A stretch of DNA of 64,000 nt, from NCBI GenBank assembly GCA_964599085.1, contig CAZRFD010000011.1:18530-82529 (forward strand), read 5' to 3'. This stretch comes from an uncultured Enterobacterales bacterium. GTDB lineage: Bacteria; Myxococcota_A; UBA796; UBA2385. The position numbers and the translations under genes are program-made. This document shows positions 26,971 to 35,391 of this stretch, one piece after another; positions within the stretch are counted from its first letter, which is position 1; each line of letters begins with the position of its first letter. The notes beneath the pieces are model-generated. The model saw nothing but the letters and a program-made list of their open reading frames with translations. It was not told where the DNA came from and did not search any database.

Positions 26971-28206
26971 ATGAGCGGTTGGTCAAGAACCCAGTCCCCG
27001 ACCCAGGCTCCGGCTTCGTCGGGCCCGGCGGTGTCGACGCCGCAGACTGGCTCCGGGCGCGGCAACGCCGCGCGAATGGAGCGACTGTTCGGCGAGCAGA
27101 GCTACGGCATCCTCAACTCACGACAGATCCAGCACGCCATCGAACGGAACAACGCCCATGCCCTGGGTGATCTCCCCGGGATCCTCGGCGCCTTCCGACT
27201 GCCCTCTCGACCGGACTACAACGCAGAGGCGGTCAACCGCATCGCGGAGTTCCAGCAGAACTTCTACCGCCGTGAGAGCGCGGGGACCCCGGACGGGATC
27301 GTGGGGCGCAACACGCGGCGGCTCATCGAGTCCTACTACAACAGCGTCGACGCCGGAGAGGTGGACGCGTCCGCCCTGTGGCCGCCGGCTGGCGCGACCA
27401 TCGACCAGCAGTTTGACCACTACGCGCACCTCGCCGCCCTCTTCGGGCATGCACCGCAGGCCGGTGAGCCACTGGTGATCGGCATCCGGGGTGTGATGGA
27501 GTTCGCGGGGGCCACCCACCAGGTCAAGGACATCAACGCCTACGACGACACCTACGTGATGATCCTGCAGGCGCAGGATGGAAAGGGCGTGTGGACCTTC
27601 TCTGGCGCGACCCATGCCTACCAGGCGACGTCGGGGGCCTCACCCAACGCCGACGGCCGGGGTGGTGGTGACGTAGGAAGCGTCCGCCCGACCCACGACG
27701 GGGAGAGCTACACCCTGGAACCCCGCGGGCAGTACCACGGCCGGCAGTCCCTGGGCCTGCGCAGCGACCCCACGGAGTGGGGCGCCTCGGCGACGCCGAG
27801 CTGGTGGAACCTGGGCACGGTGCCCGTGGACCGGGACACGAACCATGATCGGACGATCAGCGACACGGAAGCCACGGCCAGCCGGCAGCGAAGCACCTCG
27901 CGCCGCGGTGGGCGGGACGCCAACCGGCAGACGCTCAACGGCGTGGGCGACTACGGCACCGTGACCTGGTGGCACCCTGGCTTCACCGAGACGAAGGACA
28001 ACGGCAACCGCTTCGCCAGCATTGGCTGCCTGACCGCTCGTGAAGAAGACGTCGACAACGTCATCGCGATCATCCGGCAGACCGGCCAGAACGCCCGCAT
28101 GATCATCATCGAGGCTGAAGAAGCGGTCCACCGCCTGTCGGGCAACGGGCGCCCGCCGGCCAATGGCGCAGCCAACACCGGCGGCTCAGCGGGCGGCCAG
28201 CAGTAG
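26971..28206 (+). CDS. protein with a PG_binding_1-like domain and a C-terminal YkuD/L,D-transpeptidase-like Cys motif; no signal peptide
   Basis: The ATG at 26971 is preceded by AGGAGG. AVNRIAEFQQNFYRRESAGTPDGIVGRNTRRLIE is PG-binding-like. WWHPGFTETKDNGNRFASIGCLTAR resembles the H-x(n)-S-x-GC-x-R motif of YkuD domains. There is no hydrophobic N-terminus or TM segment. Confidence 0.6.
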   Translation: MSGWSRTQSPTQAPASSGPAVSTPQTGSGRGNAARMERLFGEQSYGILNSRQIQHAIERNNAHALGDLPGILGAFRLPSRPDYNAEAVNRIAEFQQNFYRRESAGTPDGIVGRNTRRLIESYYNSVDAGEVDASALWPPAGATIDQQFDHYAHLAALFGHAPQAGEPLVIGIRGVMEFAGATHQVKDINAYDDTYVMILQAQDGKGVWTFSGATHAYQATSGASPNADGRGGGDVGSVRPTHDGESYTLEPRGQYHGRQSLGLRSDPTEWGASATPSWWNLGTVPVDRDTNHDRTISDTEATASRQRSTSRRGGRDANRQTLNGVGDYGTVTWWHPGFTETKDNGNRFASIGCLTAREEDVDNVIAIIRQTGQNARMIIIEAEEAVHRLSGNGRPPANGAANTGGSAGGQQ

Positions 28207-28235
28207 GCGGGCGCGCGGGCGCTACGCTGCGCACC

Positions 28236-30020
28236 GTGCGCCGTCACCTCCCCGTCCTGCTCGCTGGCCTCGCCCCCCTCCTGGTGGTCGTGGCCCTGAC
28301 CTGGCCGCTGCTGCCGCAGCTCGGCCATGCCCACATGGTGACGGCCTGGGGCGACAGCCACGTCTGGGTCATGGACGAGGTCTTCCGGCACCTGCTGCGG
28401 GGTGAGTGGTCGGCGCTGGTCCAGCCGACGGCCGAAGCCGGCTACCCCGTCGCCCGGGATCTGCGCGCAGTGGGCGGCGCGGCGCTGCTGCTCTACGCGC
28501 CGCTGCGGCTGCTGCTGTCGCCGCTGGCTGCCGGCACGCTGACCCACCTGCTGGTCTTCAGCGGCACCGGGCTCTTCTGCTACGCGGTGCTCGGGCGCCT
28601 GACCTCGGCGTCGCCGTGGCTGCGGGCGGCGCTGGCGACGGCCTGGGCCTGCTCGCCGACGGCGCTGTCCACGCTGGGCATGGGCGAGATCAGCAACACC
28701 CAGACCTGGGTGCTGCCGGCCTGGCTGCTGGCGGCCGATGGCTGCTGCCCCCTGGACGCAGACCGCCCCGCCCGTCCCGCGTGGGCGCTGGGGGCGGCTG
28801 CCGTCGGGCTTCTCGGCGGCCTGTCGAGCCCCTATTACACCCTGGCCCTGCCGCTCGTCGCCGCGGGCTGGGCCGCCGCCTTCGCCTGGCGCCGGCGGGC
28901 ACGGCTGCCCCGGGCCCTGGTGGCCCCGGCGTTGCTGCTGGGGGCGCTGTTCGTCGGGATGCTGCCGGTGGCGGCCTACTACGGCGGCGGGGCCGCGGGC
29001 GGCACCGACTCCCTGGTCAACCCGGCACCTCGGGTGGCCGACGCCGCCTACCCGGGGCAGGCGCTGCCCTCGCCGCCGCCGGTCGCGACCCCCGACAGCC
29101 TGCTGCTCGGGGGCGGACCGGAGACGCTGTCGCCCTTTCAGCCCACCCACGTCAGCTACCTCGGCCTGCCGCTGGTGGTGGTGGCGCTGGCGCTCGGGCT
29201 GCGGCGCAGGGCGGGGCGCGGCCGCGTGGTGGGCCTGTCACTGCTCCTCGGGGGGGGGCTGCTGTCGCTGGGGCCCTGGCTGGCCTTCGACGGCCGCTAC
29301 CTGGGCAGCACGGGCCAGGTCCTGTCGACCCCGGTCCGCCTGCTGGAGCTGCTCGGGTACCCGACGCGGCGCGGCGGGCTGTACTTCCGCTACGCCGTCC
29401 TCGCCGAGCTGGGGGTCGTGGTGATGCTGGCGGCGGGGCTGTCGGGGCTGCGCAGGTCGCGCCAGGTGGTGCTCGCGGCCTGGCTGCTGGCCGCGGCGCA
29501 CGTCGCCGACAGCGTGCGGGACACCATGCCGCGCTGGCCACTGCGGGTCGAGCCGGTCGCCGATCGTGACGTGCTGCAGGCGATGGCCCCCCCGGCGGGC
29601 CATGGCCTGGCGCCCGACGTCATGGCCGCCGACGGCGCCGTGCTGGAGCTTCCCATCCAGGGGCCCACCGATGGCCACATGGGCCAGGCCAGCGTGCTGC
29701 GCGCCCTCTTCCACCGCCGGCCCACGACCGGCATCCTCCGCGACGTCCAGCCCCACGAACACGTCGCCCGCCACATCCTCGACGACGCCCGTCGCCACCC
29801 CGCGGAGCTGGCGGAGCGGCTGCGGGCCGCCGGCTTCCACTACGTGTTGCTGCCCCGCGAGCTGGCGGCCTTCTCGAAGCCCTCGGACGACGAACTGCGG
29901 CGGCTGCTGGGCGCGCCATGGCACGACGGCGACCTCATCGTCTGGGACCTCGGCCCGGCCGAGCTGCGGCTGGTCGAGGGGGCGCGGACTCCCGCGCGCC
30001 CCACGACCTCGGGGCGCTGA
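28236..30020 (+). CDS. polytopic membrane protein (possible GT-C-type glycosyltransferase) with a soluble C-terminal domain
   Basis: 594 aa, GTG start. About 10 or more TM helices, then a ~170-aa soluble tail. N-terminal LTWPLLPQLGHAHMVTAWGDSHVWVMDEV. No confident family call. Confidence 0.55.
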   Translation: MRRHLPVLLAGLAPLLVVVALTWPLLPQLGHAHMVTAWGDSHVWVMDEVFRHLLRGEWSALVQPTAEAGYPVARDLRAVGGAALLLYAPLRLLLSPLAAGTLTHLLVFSGTGLFCYAVLGRLTSASPWLRAALATAWACSPTALSTLGMGEISNTQTWVLPAWLLAADGCCPLDADRPARPAWALGAAAVGLLGGLSSPYYTLALPLVAAGWAAAFAWRRRARLPRALVAPALLLGALFVGMLPVAAYYGGGAAGGTDSLVNPAPRVADAAYPGQALPSPPPVATPDSLLLGGGPETLSPFQPTHVSYLGLPLVVVALALGLRRRAGRGRVVGLSLLLGGGLLSLGPWLAFDGRYLGSTGQVLSTPVRLLELLGYPTRRGGLYFRYAVLAELGVVVMLAAGLSGLRRSRQVVLAAWLLAAAHVADSVRDTMPRWPLRVEPVADRDVLQAMAPPAGHGLAPDVMAADGAVLELPIQGPTDGHMGQASVLRALFHRRPTTGILRDVQPHEHVARHILDDARRHPAELAERLRAAGFHYVLLPRELAAFSKPSDDELRRLLGAPWHDGDLIVWDLGPAELRLVEGARTPARPTTSGR

Positions 30021-30036
30021 GCGCGCCTGTCCACGC

Positions 30037-30119
30037 TAGTACCTGCGGCCCCAAGTTCCTACCTGGTAGCTCTGGCTCTCGCTGGGGTTGCCCTCCGGAA
30101 CCTGGGGCCTCCGGTACTA
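30037..30119. repeat. 83-nt imperfect inverted repeat (23-nt arms, 20/23 paired, 37-nt loop) in a convergent intergenic region
   Basis: TAGTACCTGCGGCCCCAAGTTCC (30037-30059) against GGAACCTGGGGCCTCCGGTACTA (30097-30119). Confidence 0.6.
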
Positions 30120-30133
30120 TCAGTGTCGTTTGA

Positions 30134-30167
30134 GGGGGTCTCGCGACCCCCTTGCGCCTTCGGCGCA
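30134..30167. terminator. two adjacent GC hairpins between convergent genes
   Basis: GGGGGTC-TCGC-GACCCCC (30134-30151), then TGCGCC-TTC-GGCGCA (30153-30167). Confidence 0.4.
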
Positions 30168-30249
30168 CCCCCGCGGCGGCCGCAACGCGTCCGCAGTACG
30201 CGCGAACAAGATGGCATGCATGGTCGGGAGGAACTACCGGTCGCGCGTA

Positions 30250-31575
30250 CTAGTCGGAGTCGGGGACCTCCACCGGCAGCGCCAGGGGCAGGGCCGGCTC
30301 GTCGATGGTTGGCGTGTCGCCGTCCTCCCAGCCGTCCTCGGCGCCCTCGTCGGGCATCCAGGCGTCGGGATCCGCGGCCTCGTAATCGGCCTGCGGCACC
30401 CAGTAGCCGGGGATCCACTGCGTCCCGTCGAACCAGCCCGGGATCCAGATCTCGCCCGGGCGGTCTTCCAGGGGCTCCCAGTAGCCGGCGTGGTAGAGCC
30501 CGTCGTCGTCGAAGCTGCCGGGCACCCAGACGAAGCCCGGGTAGTACTCGGGGCGCCAGAAGCCGCCGACCCAGGTCTCGCCGTCGAAGAAGCCCGGGAC
30601 CCAGACGTAGCCCTCGGGCGCGTAGCCGGCGGGTCGCCAGTAGCCGGGGACCCAGGTGCCGTCGTCGAGGTAGTAGCCGTCCACCCAGACCCAGTCGCCG
30701 TCGTCGCGGGTGGCGGGGCGCCAGTAGCCCTCGACGTAGAGGTCACCGAGCCACCAGCCGGGGACGTAGATGTAGGTCACGCCGTGGCGGACCGGCGGGC
30801 GGACGCTCGGCTGCCAGTGGCCGGGGATCCAGTGGCCGTGGGCCCAGTAGCCGGGGACCCAAACCCAGCCGGGGCGTGCCGGCGGCACCCACCACGACGC
30901 CCAGGGGTGCACGATGAAGTCGAAGTCCACCAGGACGATCGTCGCGTGGGTGTAGCGCCAGTAGGGGTGCAGCCACCAGTGGCTGTACCAGGGCCGGTAG
31001 AACCAGGGCCCGGGCGGGGCGTGGTGGGCGTGGGGGTTGAGCCGCAGGTAGCGCCAGTGGGGACGGCCGTAGCGGTGGTCGTGGGTCTGCCAGGGGCGGC
31101 TGTGGGCCGCGACGTGGCCCCGGTAGGGGCGTGTGGCGTGGGTCAGCGCGGGGCGGTGTGCGGCGCTGGCCCGGCGGGCGGCGGCCGCCGACTGCGCGCG
31201 GTCGCGCTCCGGGGCGCCGCTGGCGGCGGTCCGATCCGGAGGGCGCAGGCGCGGTTGCGCGGTGGCGCGGGGCTCGACCGGGGAGGGCTGGCGAGGGGAG
31301 GCCGTGGGCTGGGGAGCGGGGCGCGCATCGGGGCCCGCGGGCGTGGCCGCGGAGGCGCTCGCCTTCTTCTTCTTCTTCGGCTTCTTGCGCGCGGTCTTCT
31401 CGACATCGCTGGTCGAGGTCGTGGCCTTGTCGACGGTCACAGCGGCGGATGTGTCAGTGGTCGATGTCTCAGCGGCGGATGTCTCGGCGGCGGAGATCTC
31501 CGTGCCGGCTGCGGGCAAGGCGCACAGCGCGGCGGCGACCACGACGGAGCGGAGCATGATGGTGGGCAGGTGCAT
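30250..31575 (-). CDS. secreted Trp-rich WXXGXW-repeat protein
   Basis: The ATG at 31575 is preceded by GGGAGGAG. Signal MHLPTIMLRSVVVAAALCALPAAG. Lys run RKKPKKKKK. The C-terminal ~270 aa carry repeated WVPGYW/WIPGHW/WVGGFW units. The upstream part of composite ORF 30250..33030 is rejected. Confidence 0.8.
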   Translation of the reverse strand: MHLPTIMLRSVVVAAALCALPAAGTEISAAETSAAETSTTDTSAAVTVDKATTSTSDVEKTARKKPKKKKKASASAATPAGPDARPAPQPTASPRQPSPVEPRATAQPRLRPPDRTAASGAPERDRAQSAAAARRASAAHRPALTHATRPYRGHVAAHSRPWQTHDHRYGRPHWRYLRLNPHAHHAPPGPWFYRPWYSHWWLHPYWRYTHATIVLVDFDFIVHPWASWWVPPARPGWVWVPGYWAHGHWIPGHWQPSVRPPVRHGVTYIYVPGWWLGDLYVEGYWRPATRDDGDWVWVDGYYLDDGTWVPGYWRPAGYAPEGYVWVPGFFDGETWVGGFWRPEYYPGFVWVPGSFDDDGLYHAGYWEPLEDRPGEIWIPGWFDGTQWIPGYWVPQADYEAADPDAWMPDEGAEDGWEDGDTPTIDEPALPLALPVEVPDSD

Positions 31576-31662
31576 GGTGAACTCCTCCCTGGATGCCCCA
31601 AAGCTAGGCATCGCGGCGTCGGCGTCCACTGACCGATGTGTGCGCTGCGCTACGCTGCCGCG

Positions 31663-32769
31663 ATGCTGCTCCTTCCCATGTTCCTGGCATGCACCGGCGC
31701 GACCGGCCCCGACGTCCCCGACACGGGCGACGACTCGGGCACGCTGACCGCCGTCGACTACCTCTCCCCCGGCGCCTACGCCGTGGGGCGGCGGACCCTG
31801 GTGCTGGCCGACGACGCGCGGCCGCTGACGGTCGAGCTGTGGTTCCCGGCCACCGCCGCCGGGGATGGCCAGCCCATCGAAGAGCTGGTGGTCGACCCGG
31901 GCGACCGGGCCACCTACAGCAAGCTCCTGGCCGCGGCACCGACCGACTGCCCGACGCGCAGCTCGGCGGCGCTGCCCGACGCGACCGTGGCCGTCGACGG
32001 CCCCTTGCCCCTCGTCGTCTACTCCCACTGCCACACCTGCACCCGGTTCAGCGGGCTCTCGGTGGCCGAGCTGCTGGCCAGCCACGGCTACGCGGTGGCG
32101 GCGCCCGATCACGACGGCAACACCTTGTTCGACGAGCTGGCCGGGGACGCCCTCGGCGTCGACGGCGACACGCTGGACCTGCGCGTGGCCGATCTCGGCC
32201 GCGTGCTCGACGCCGGACTGGCCGGGGCCCTGGACGTCGATGTGGATCCTGCCCGGGTCGCGGTGGTGGGCCACAGCTTCGGCTCGGTCACCGCGGGCGC
32301 CCTGCTGGCCGAGCGTCGCGGTACCGCCTCGGCCCCGGCCGCCGGCGCGTTCATGGGGGCCCCGGTGGACACCGGTGTGCTCGGCGACACCGACGCCGCT
32401 GAGATCGTCGAGCCCACCCTGTTCCTCGTCCTCGCCGAGGACCACAGCGTCGGCACCCTGGGCAACACCCTGATGGCCGGCAACTTCGACGAGGTGGCCG
32501 GCCCGGCCTGGCTTGTCGAGCTGGCCGACGCCGGCCACTGGTCGGTCAGCGACCTCTGCGGCATCGTCGACGACTTCATGCCCGGCTGTGGGGAGGACAC
32601 GCGCCAGGAGGGCGGCGAGTCCTTCACCTACCTGCCCGCCGCCGACGGGCGGCTGCTGGCGGGGGCCGTCACGACGGCCTTCCTCGACAGCGTGTTCTCG
32701 CCAGAGTCGGCGGCGGACGCCTGGTTGCGGGCGCCCCCCGACGCGCGCCTCTCGGTGAGGTGGCGGTAG
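31663..32769 (+). CDS. alpha/beta-hydrolase lipoprotein (PAF-acetylhydrolase/dienelactone-hydrolase-like)
   Basis: The ATG at 31663 gives MLLLPMFLACTG. Nucleophile elbow VVGHSFGS. Confidence 0.65.
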   Translation: MLLLPMFLACTGATGPDVPDTGDDSGTLTAVDYLSPGAYAVGRRTLVLADDARPLTVELWFPATAAGDGQPIEELVVDPGDRATYSKLLAAAPTDCPTRSSAALPDATVAVDGPLPLVVYSHCHTCTRFSGLSVAELLASHGYAVAAPDHDGNTLFDELAGDALGVDGDTLDLRVADLGRVLDAGLAGALDVDVDPARVAVVGHSFGSVTAGALLAERRGTASAPAAGAFMGAPVDTGVLGDTDAAEIVEPTLFLVLAEDHSVGTLGNTLMAGNFDEVAGPAWLVELADAGHWSVSDLCGIVDDFMPGCGEDTRQEGGESFTYLPAADGRLLAGAVTTAFLDSVFSPESAADAWLRAPPDARLSVRWR

Positions 32770-32831
32770 CCTGCGCACCGCGACCGACGCCGGGGCGTGC
32801 TGCGGGCGCAAGGGAGTCGCCAGCCCCCCGG

Positions 32832-33926
32832 TCAGTCGCAGCGCAGTGCCCAGGCGTCCAGGTCCCAGGTCTTGATCAGCGTGGAGAAGCCCGTGATCGT
32901 GGGATCGCCGCAGACCTCGTCGAGGCGGGCGCTCCCCTCGGAGCGATCGTCGACGTACTCGGTGTGGAAGACCGCCTTGCCGGCGTCGATGAACACACGC
33001 AGTCCCGTGCACTCGTCGTAGACGAGGCACTCCTCGTCGAGGGACCAGTCGAAGGATCCCACGACCGTGGCGGCGTCTTCGGGGAGGTTCTTCAACCCCA
33101 CCGATAGTCCGCGGTCGTGCCCCTCTTCAGAGAGGAAGGCCAGGTAGTCGAGCTGGTCGGCGCGGGTCAGTGGAAGACCCGTGGCGTTGGTGTAGCCGTC
33201 GACGTTGTCCGGCTCGACGCCGTCACACCCCTTGGTGACCGCCAGATCCAGCCGCGCCTTCATGATGTCGCGGACCGAGTCGGCGCGGATGTCCAGCCAG
33301 TTCTCTCCCTTCCACCCCTCCAGGGGATCGCCGATCACATCGGGATCGAAGTCGCCGGCGTCGGGACGCCAGTCTTCATAGGAGCCGGCCGAGAAGTAGC
33401 AGATCACCACGCGTCCCTTGGCGTGCAGGGCGTCGATGGTGGTGGTGGGGACGTCGAACAGGTCGATGTCGTACATCTGCGCGTCCACCGAGGTGTCCAC
33501 CCGGCCGGTGAGCTGCCACTGCCAGGTCGTGCCGGGGGCCGGTGACCAGACGGTGGTCTCGGCCCCACCATCGCCCGTGGTACCCCCATCGGCGCCGCCA
33601 TCGCCGGCGCCCCCGCCGTCCGCCCCGCCATCGCCGGCGCCCCCGCCGTCCGCCCCGCCATCGCCGGCGCTGCCGCCGTCCGCCCCGCCATCGCCGGTGC
33701 TCCCGCCGTCGGCGCCGCCATCGTCTGTGGCACCCCCGTCGGCGCCACCGCCATCCCCGACGCAGTCCGGGCTGTTCGTGCAGTCGCTGTCGTCGCTGTC
33801 GTCGCAGTCGAACCAGCCGTCCCGGTCGTTGTCGGCGCCGTCCGAGCACTCGCCCGGGTCATCGCCCTCGTAGGGGGCGCGCCCGGTGCAGGCAAGCATG
33901 ACGACCAGGGGGAGGAGTTGGACCAC
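32832..33926 (-). CDS. GH114 endo-alpha-1,4-polygalactosaminidase-family lipoprotein with a MopE-like Cys/Asp motif and a Gly/Asp repeat linker
   Basis: The GTG at 33926 (GGAGA upstream) gives VVQLLPLVVMLACTG. CSDGADNDRDGWFDCDDSD motif. Catalytic domain WQWQLTG...YDIDLFD...VICYFSAGSYEDWRPDA...WLDIR...GCDGVEPDNVDGY...GLSVGLKN. Confidence 0.8.
   Translation of the reverse strand: MVQLLPLVVMLACTGRAPYEGDDPGECSDGADNDRDGWFDCDDSDDSDCTNSPDCVGDGGGADGGATDDGGADGGSTGDGGADGGSAGDGGADGGGAGDGGADGGGAGDGGADGGTTGDGGAETTVWSPAPGTTWQWQLTGRVDTSVDAQMYDIDLFDVPTTTIDALHAKGRVVICYFSAGSYEDWRPDAGDFDPDVIGDPLEGWKGENWLDIRADSVRDIMKARLDLAVTKGCDGVEPDNVDGYTNATGLPLTRADQLDYLAFLSEEGHDRGLSVGLKNLPEDAATVVGSFDWSLDEECLVYDECTGLRVFIDAGKAVFHTEYVDDRSEGSARLDEVCGDPTITGFSTLIKTWDLDAWALRCD
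33571..33750. repeat. about 6 x 30-bp in-frame tandem repeats encoding (GDGGADGGxx)n in the GH114 linker
   Basis: 33601-33630 and 33631-33660 are identical (TCGCCGGCGCCCCCGCCGTCCGCCCCGCCA). The neighbouring units are slightly diverged. Confidence 0.85.
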
Positions 33927-34008
33927 GATGTCTCCGATGCTCTTGGTCCACAGGCTATCAGCAGAGCTGCTCGCCAGGTGATCGCAGCGGTGACACCGGC
34001 GGCCGGCT

Positions 34009-35391
34009 ATGCCCCGCCCCGTGAACCGCCCCCGCCCGATCTCGCAGCGCTCGATCTTCTCGCAGCTCTTCTCGCTGGCCTGGCCGGTGGTCGGCTTGAA
34101 CGTGCTGACCGTGCTGGCGCTGGCGGTGGACACGGCCATGGTCGGACGCCTCCCTGACGCCGGCGTGGCGCTGACCGGGCTCGGCTTCGCCACGCAGATC
34201 GTGTTCCTGCTGATGGTCGCCATGATCGGGGTGACCGTCGGCAGCGTCGCCTTCGTGGCCCGCGCCCACGGCGCCGGCGACCCCCGGCGCGTGGCCCACG
34301 TGGTCTCGCAGTCGGCGACGGTCACCGTGACGCTCGGCGTGCTGACGGCCGTCGTCGGCAACCTGTTGGCGTCCCCCCTGCTGCGCCTGCTGGGCGCCGA
34401 CGGGGCGGACCTGGCAGCGGGGCTGTCCTACCTGCGGCCCATGCTGATGTTCAGCGCCTTCTACTACCTGACCATCCTGCTGGCCGCGGTGCTGCGTGGC
34501 GTTGGGAACACCCTGCTGCCCTTCGTGGTGTCGGCCTTCGCCAACCTGCTCAACTTCCTCCTGAACTACGGCTTCATCCTCGGGCACTGGGGCTTTCCGG
34601 CCCTCGGGGTACAGGGCGCTGCGCTGGGCACCGGGCTGTCGCAGGTGTTCTCGGTGATCTGCCTGTGGCTGGTGCTGGATAGCGGGGTGGAGCCCGCGCT
34701 GCGCCTCCGCCTGCTCCCGGTCCGGGTCGACCCCGGGCACGTCCGCGACCTGCTGCGCATCGGGGCGCCGGCCGCGCTCGACATGGTCGTGCTCAACGCC
34801 GCCTTCCTCTCCATCGTCGGCATGCTCGGCCGCGTCGATCCGCTCGCGGTCGCCGCCCACGGCATGGGCCTGCGCATCCAGGCGCTGGCCTTCGTGCCGG
34901 GGATGAGCATCTCCCAGGCCATCGGCGCGCTCGTCGGCCAGGCGCTGGGGGCGGACGACGCCGGGCGGGCCCGATCGGTCCTGCGTGCCGGCATGGCCAT
35001 GAGCGTCGTCGTGATGTCGTCGCTGGCGGCCATCATCGTGTTCGGCGCCCATGGCATCGTCGGCCTCTTCGACGTCGATCCGGCCGGTGAGCTGGGCGCC
35101 TACTGCCTGACCTGGATCCGCCTGCTGGGCTCCTGCATGCCGGTCGTCGGCGTCTACATCGCGCTCGTCGGCCTGTTCCAGGGCAGCGGCGCCACGCGCC
35201 TGTCGCTGTCGATCAACGCGCTGGTGACCCTCGTCTTCCAGATCCCGCTGTCCTTCGTCCTCGGCTTCCCGCTGGGGCTCGGCGCCTTCGGGATCTGGGT
35301 GGCCTTCCCCCTGGGCTTTGTGGGCAAGGCCATCCTCGGCGTCTTCGTGTACCGCCGCGGGAGCTGGGCGCGCCTGGGCGCCCGGGTCTGA
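34009..35391 (+). CDS. MATE family efflux transporter
   Basis: 460 aa, 12 TM helices. The N-terminal SIFSQLFSLAWPVVGLNVLTVLALAVDTAMVGRL is typical of NorM/DinF-type MATE. Confidence 0.85.
   Translation: MPRPVNRPRPISQRSIFSQLFSLAWPVVGLNVLTVLALAVDTAMVGRLPDAGVALTGLGFATQIVFLLMVAMIGVTVGSVAFVARAHGAGDPRRVAHVVSQSATVTVTLGVLTAVVGNLLASPLLRLLGADGADLAAGLSYLRPMLMFSAFYYLTILLAAVLRGVGNTLLPFVVSAFANLLNFLLNYGFILGHWGFPALGVQGAALGTGLSQVFSVICLWLVLDSGVEPALRLRLLPVRVDPGHVRDLLRIGAPAALDMVVLNAAFLSIVGMLGRVDPLAVAAHGMGLRIQALAFVPGMSISQAIGALVGQALGADDAGRARSVLRAGMAMSVVVMSSLAAIIVFGAHGIVGLFDVDPAGELGAYCLTWIRLLGSCMPVVGVYIALVGLFQGSGATRLSLSINALVTLVFQIPLSFVLGFPLGLGAFGIWVAFPLGFVGKAILGVFVYRRGSWARLGARV

Noticed and set aside
33571-33750. 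30-bp repeats considered as a non-coding repeat or CRISPR
   Set aside because: They are in-frame within the GH114 gene and encode a Gly/Asp linker, so this is a coding tandem repeat.
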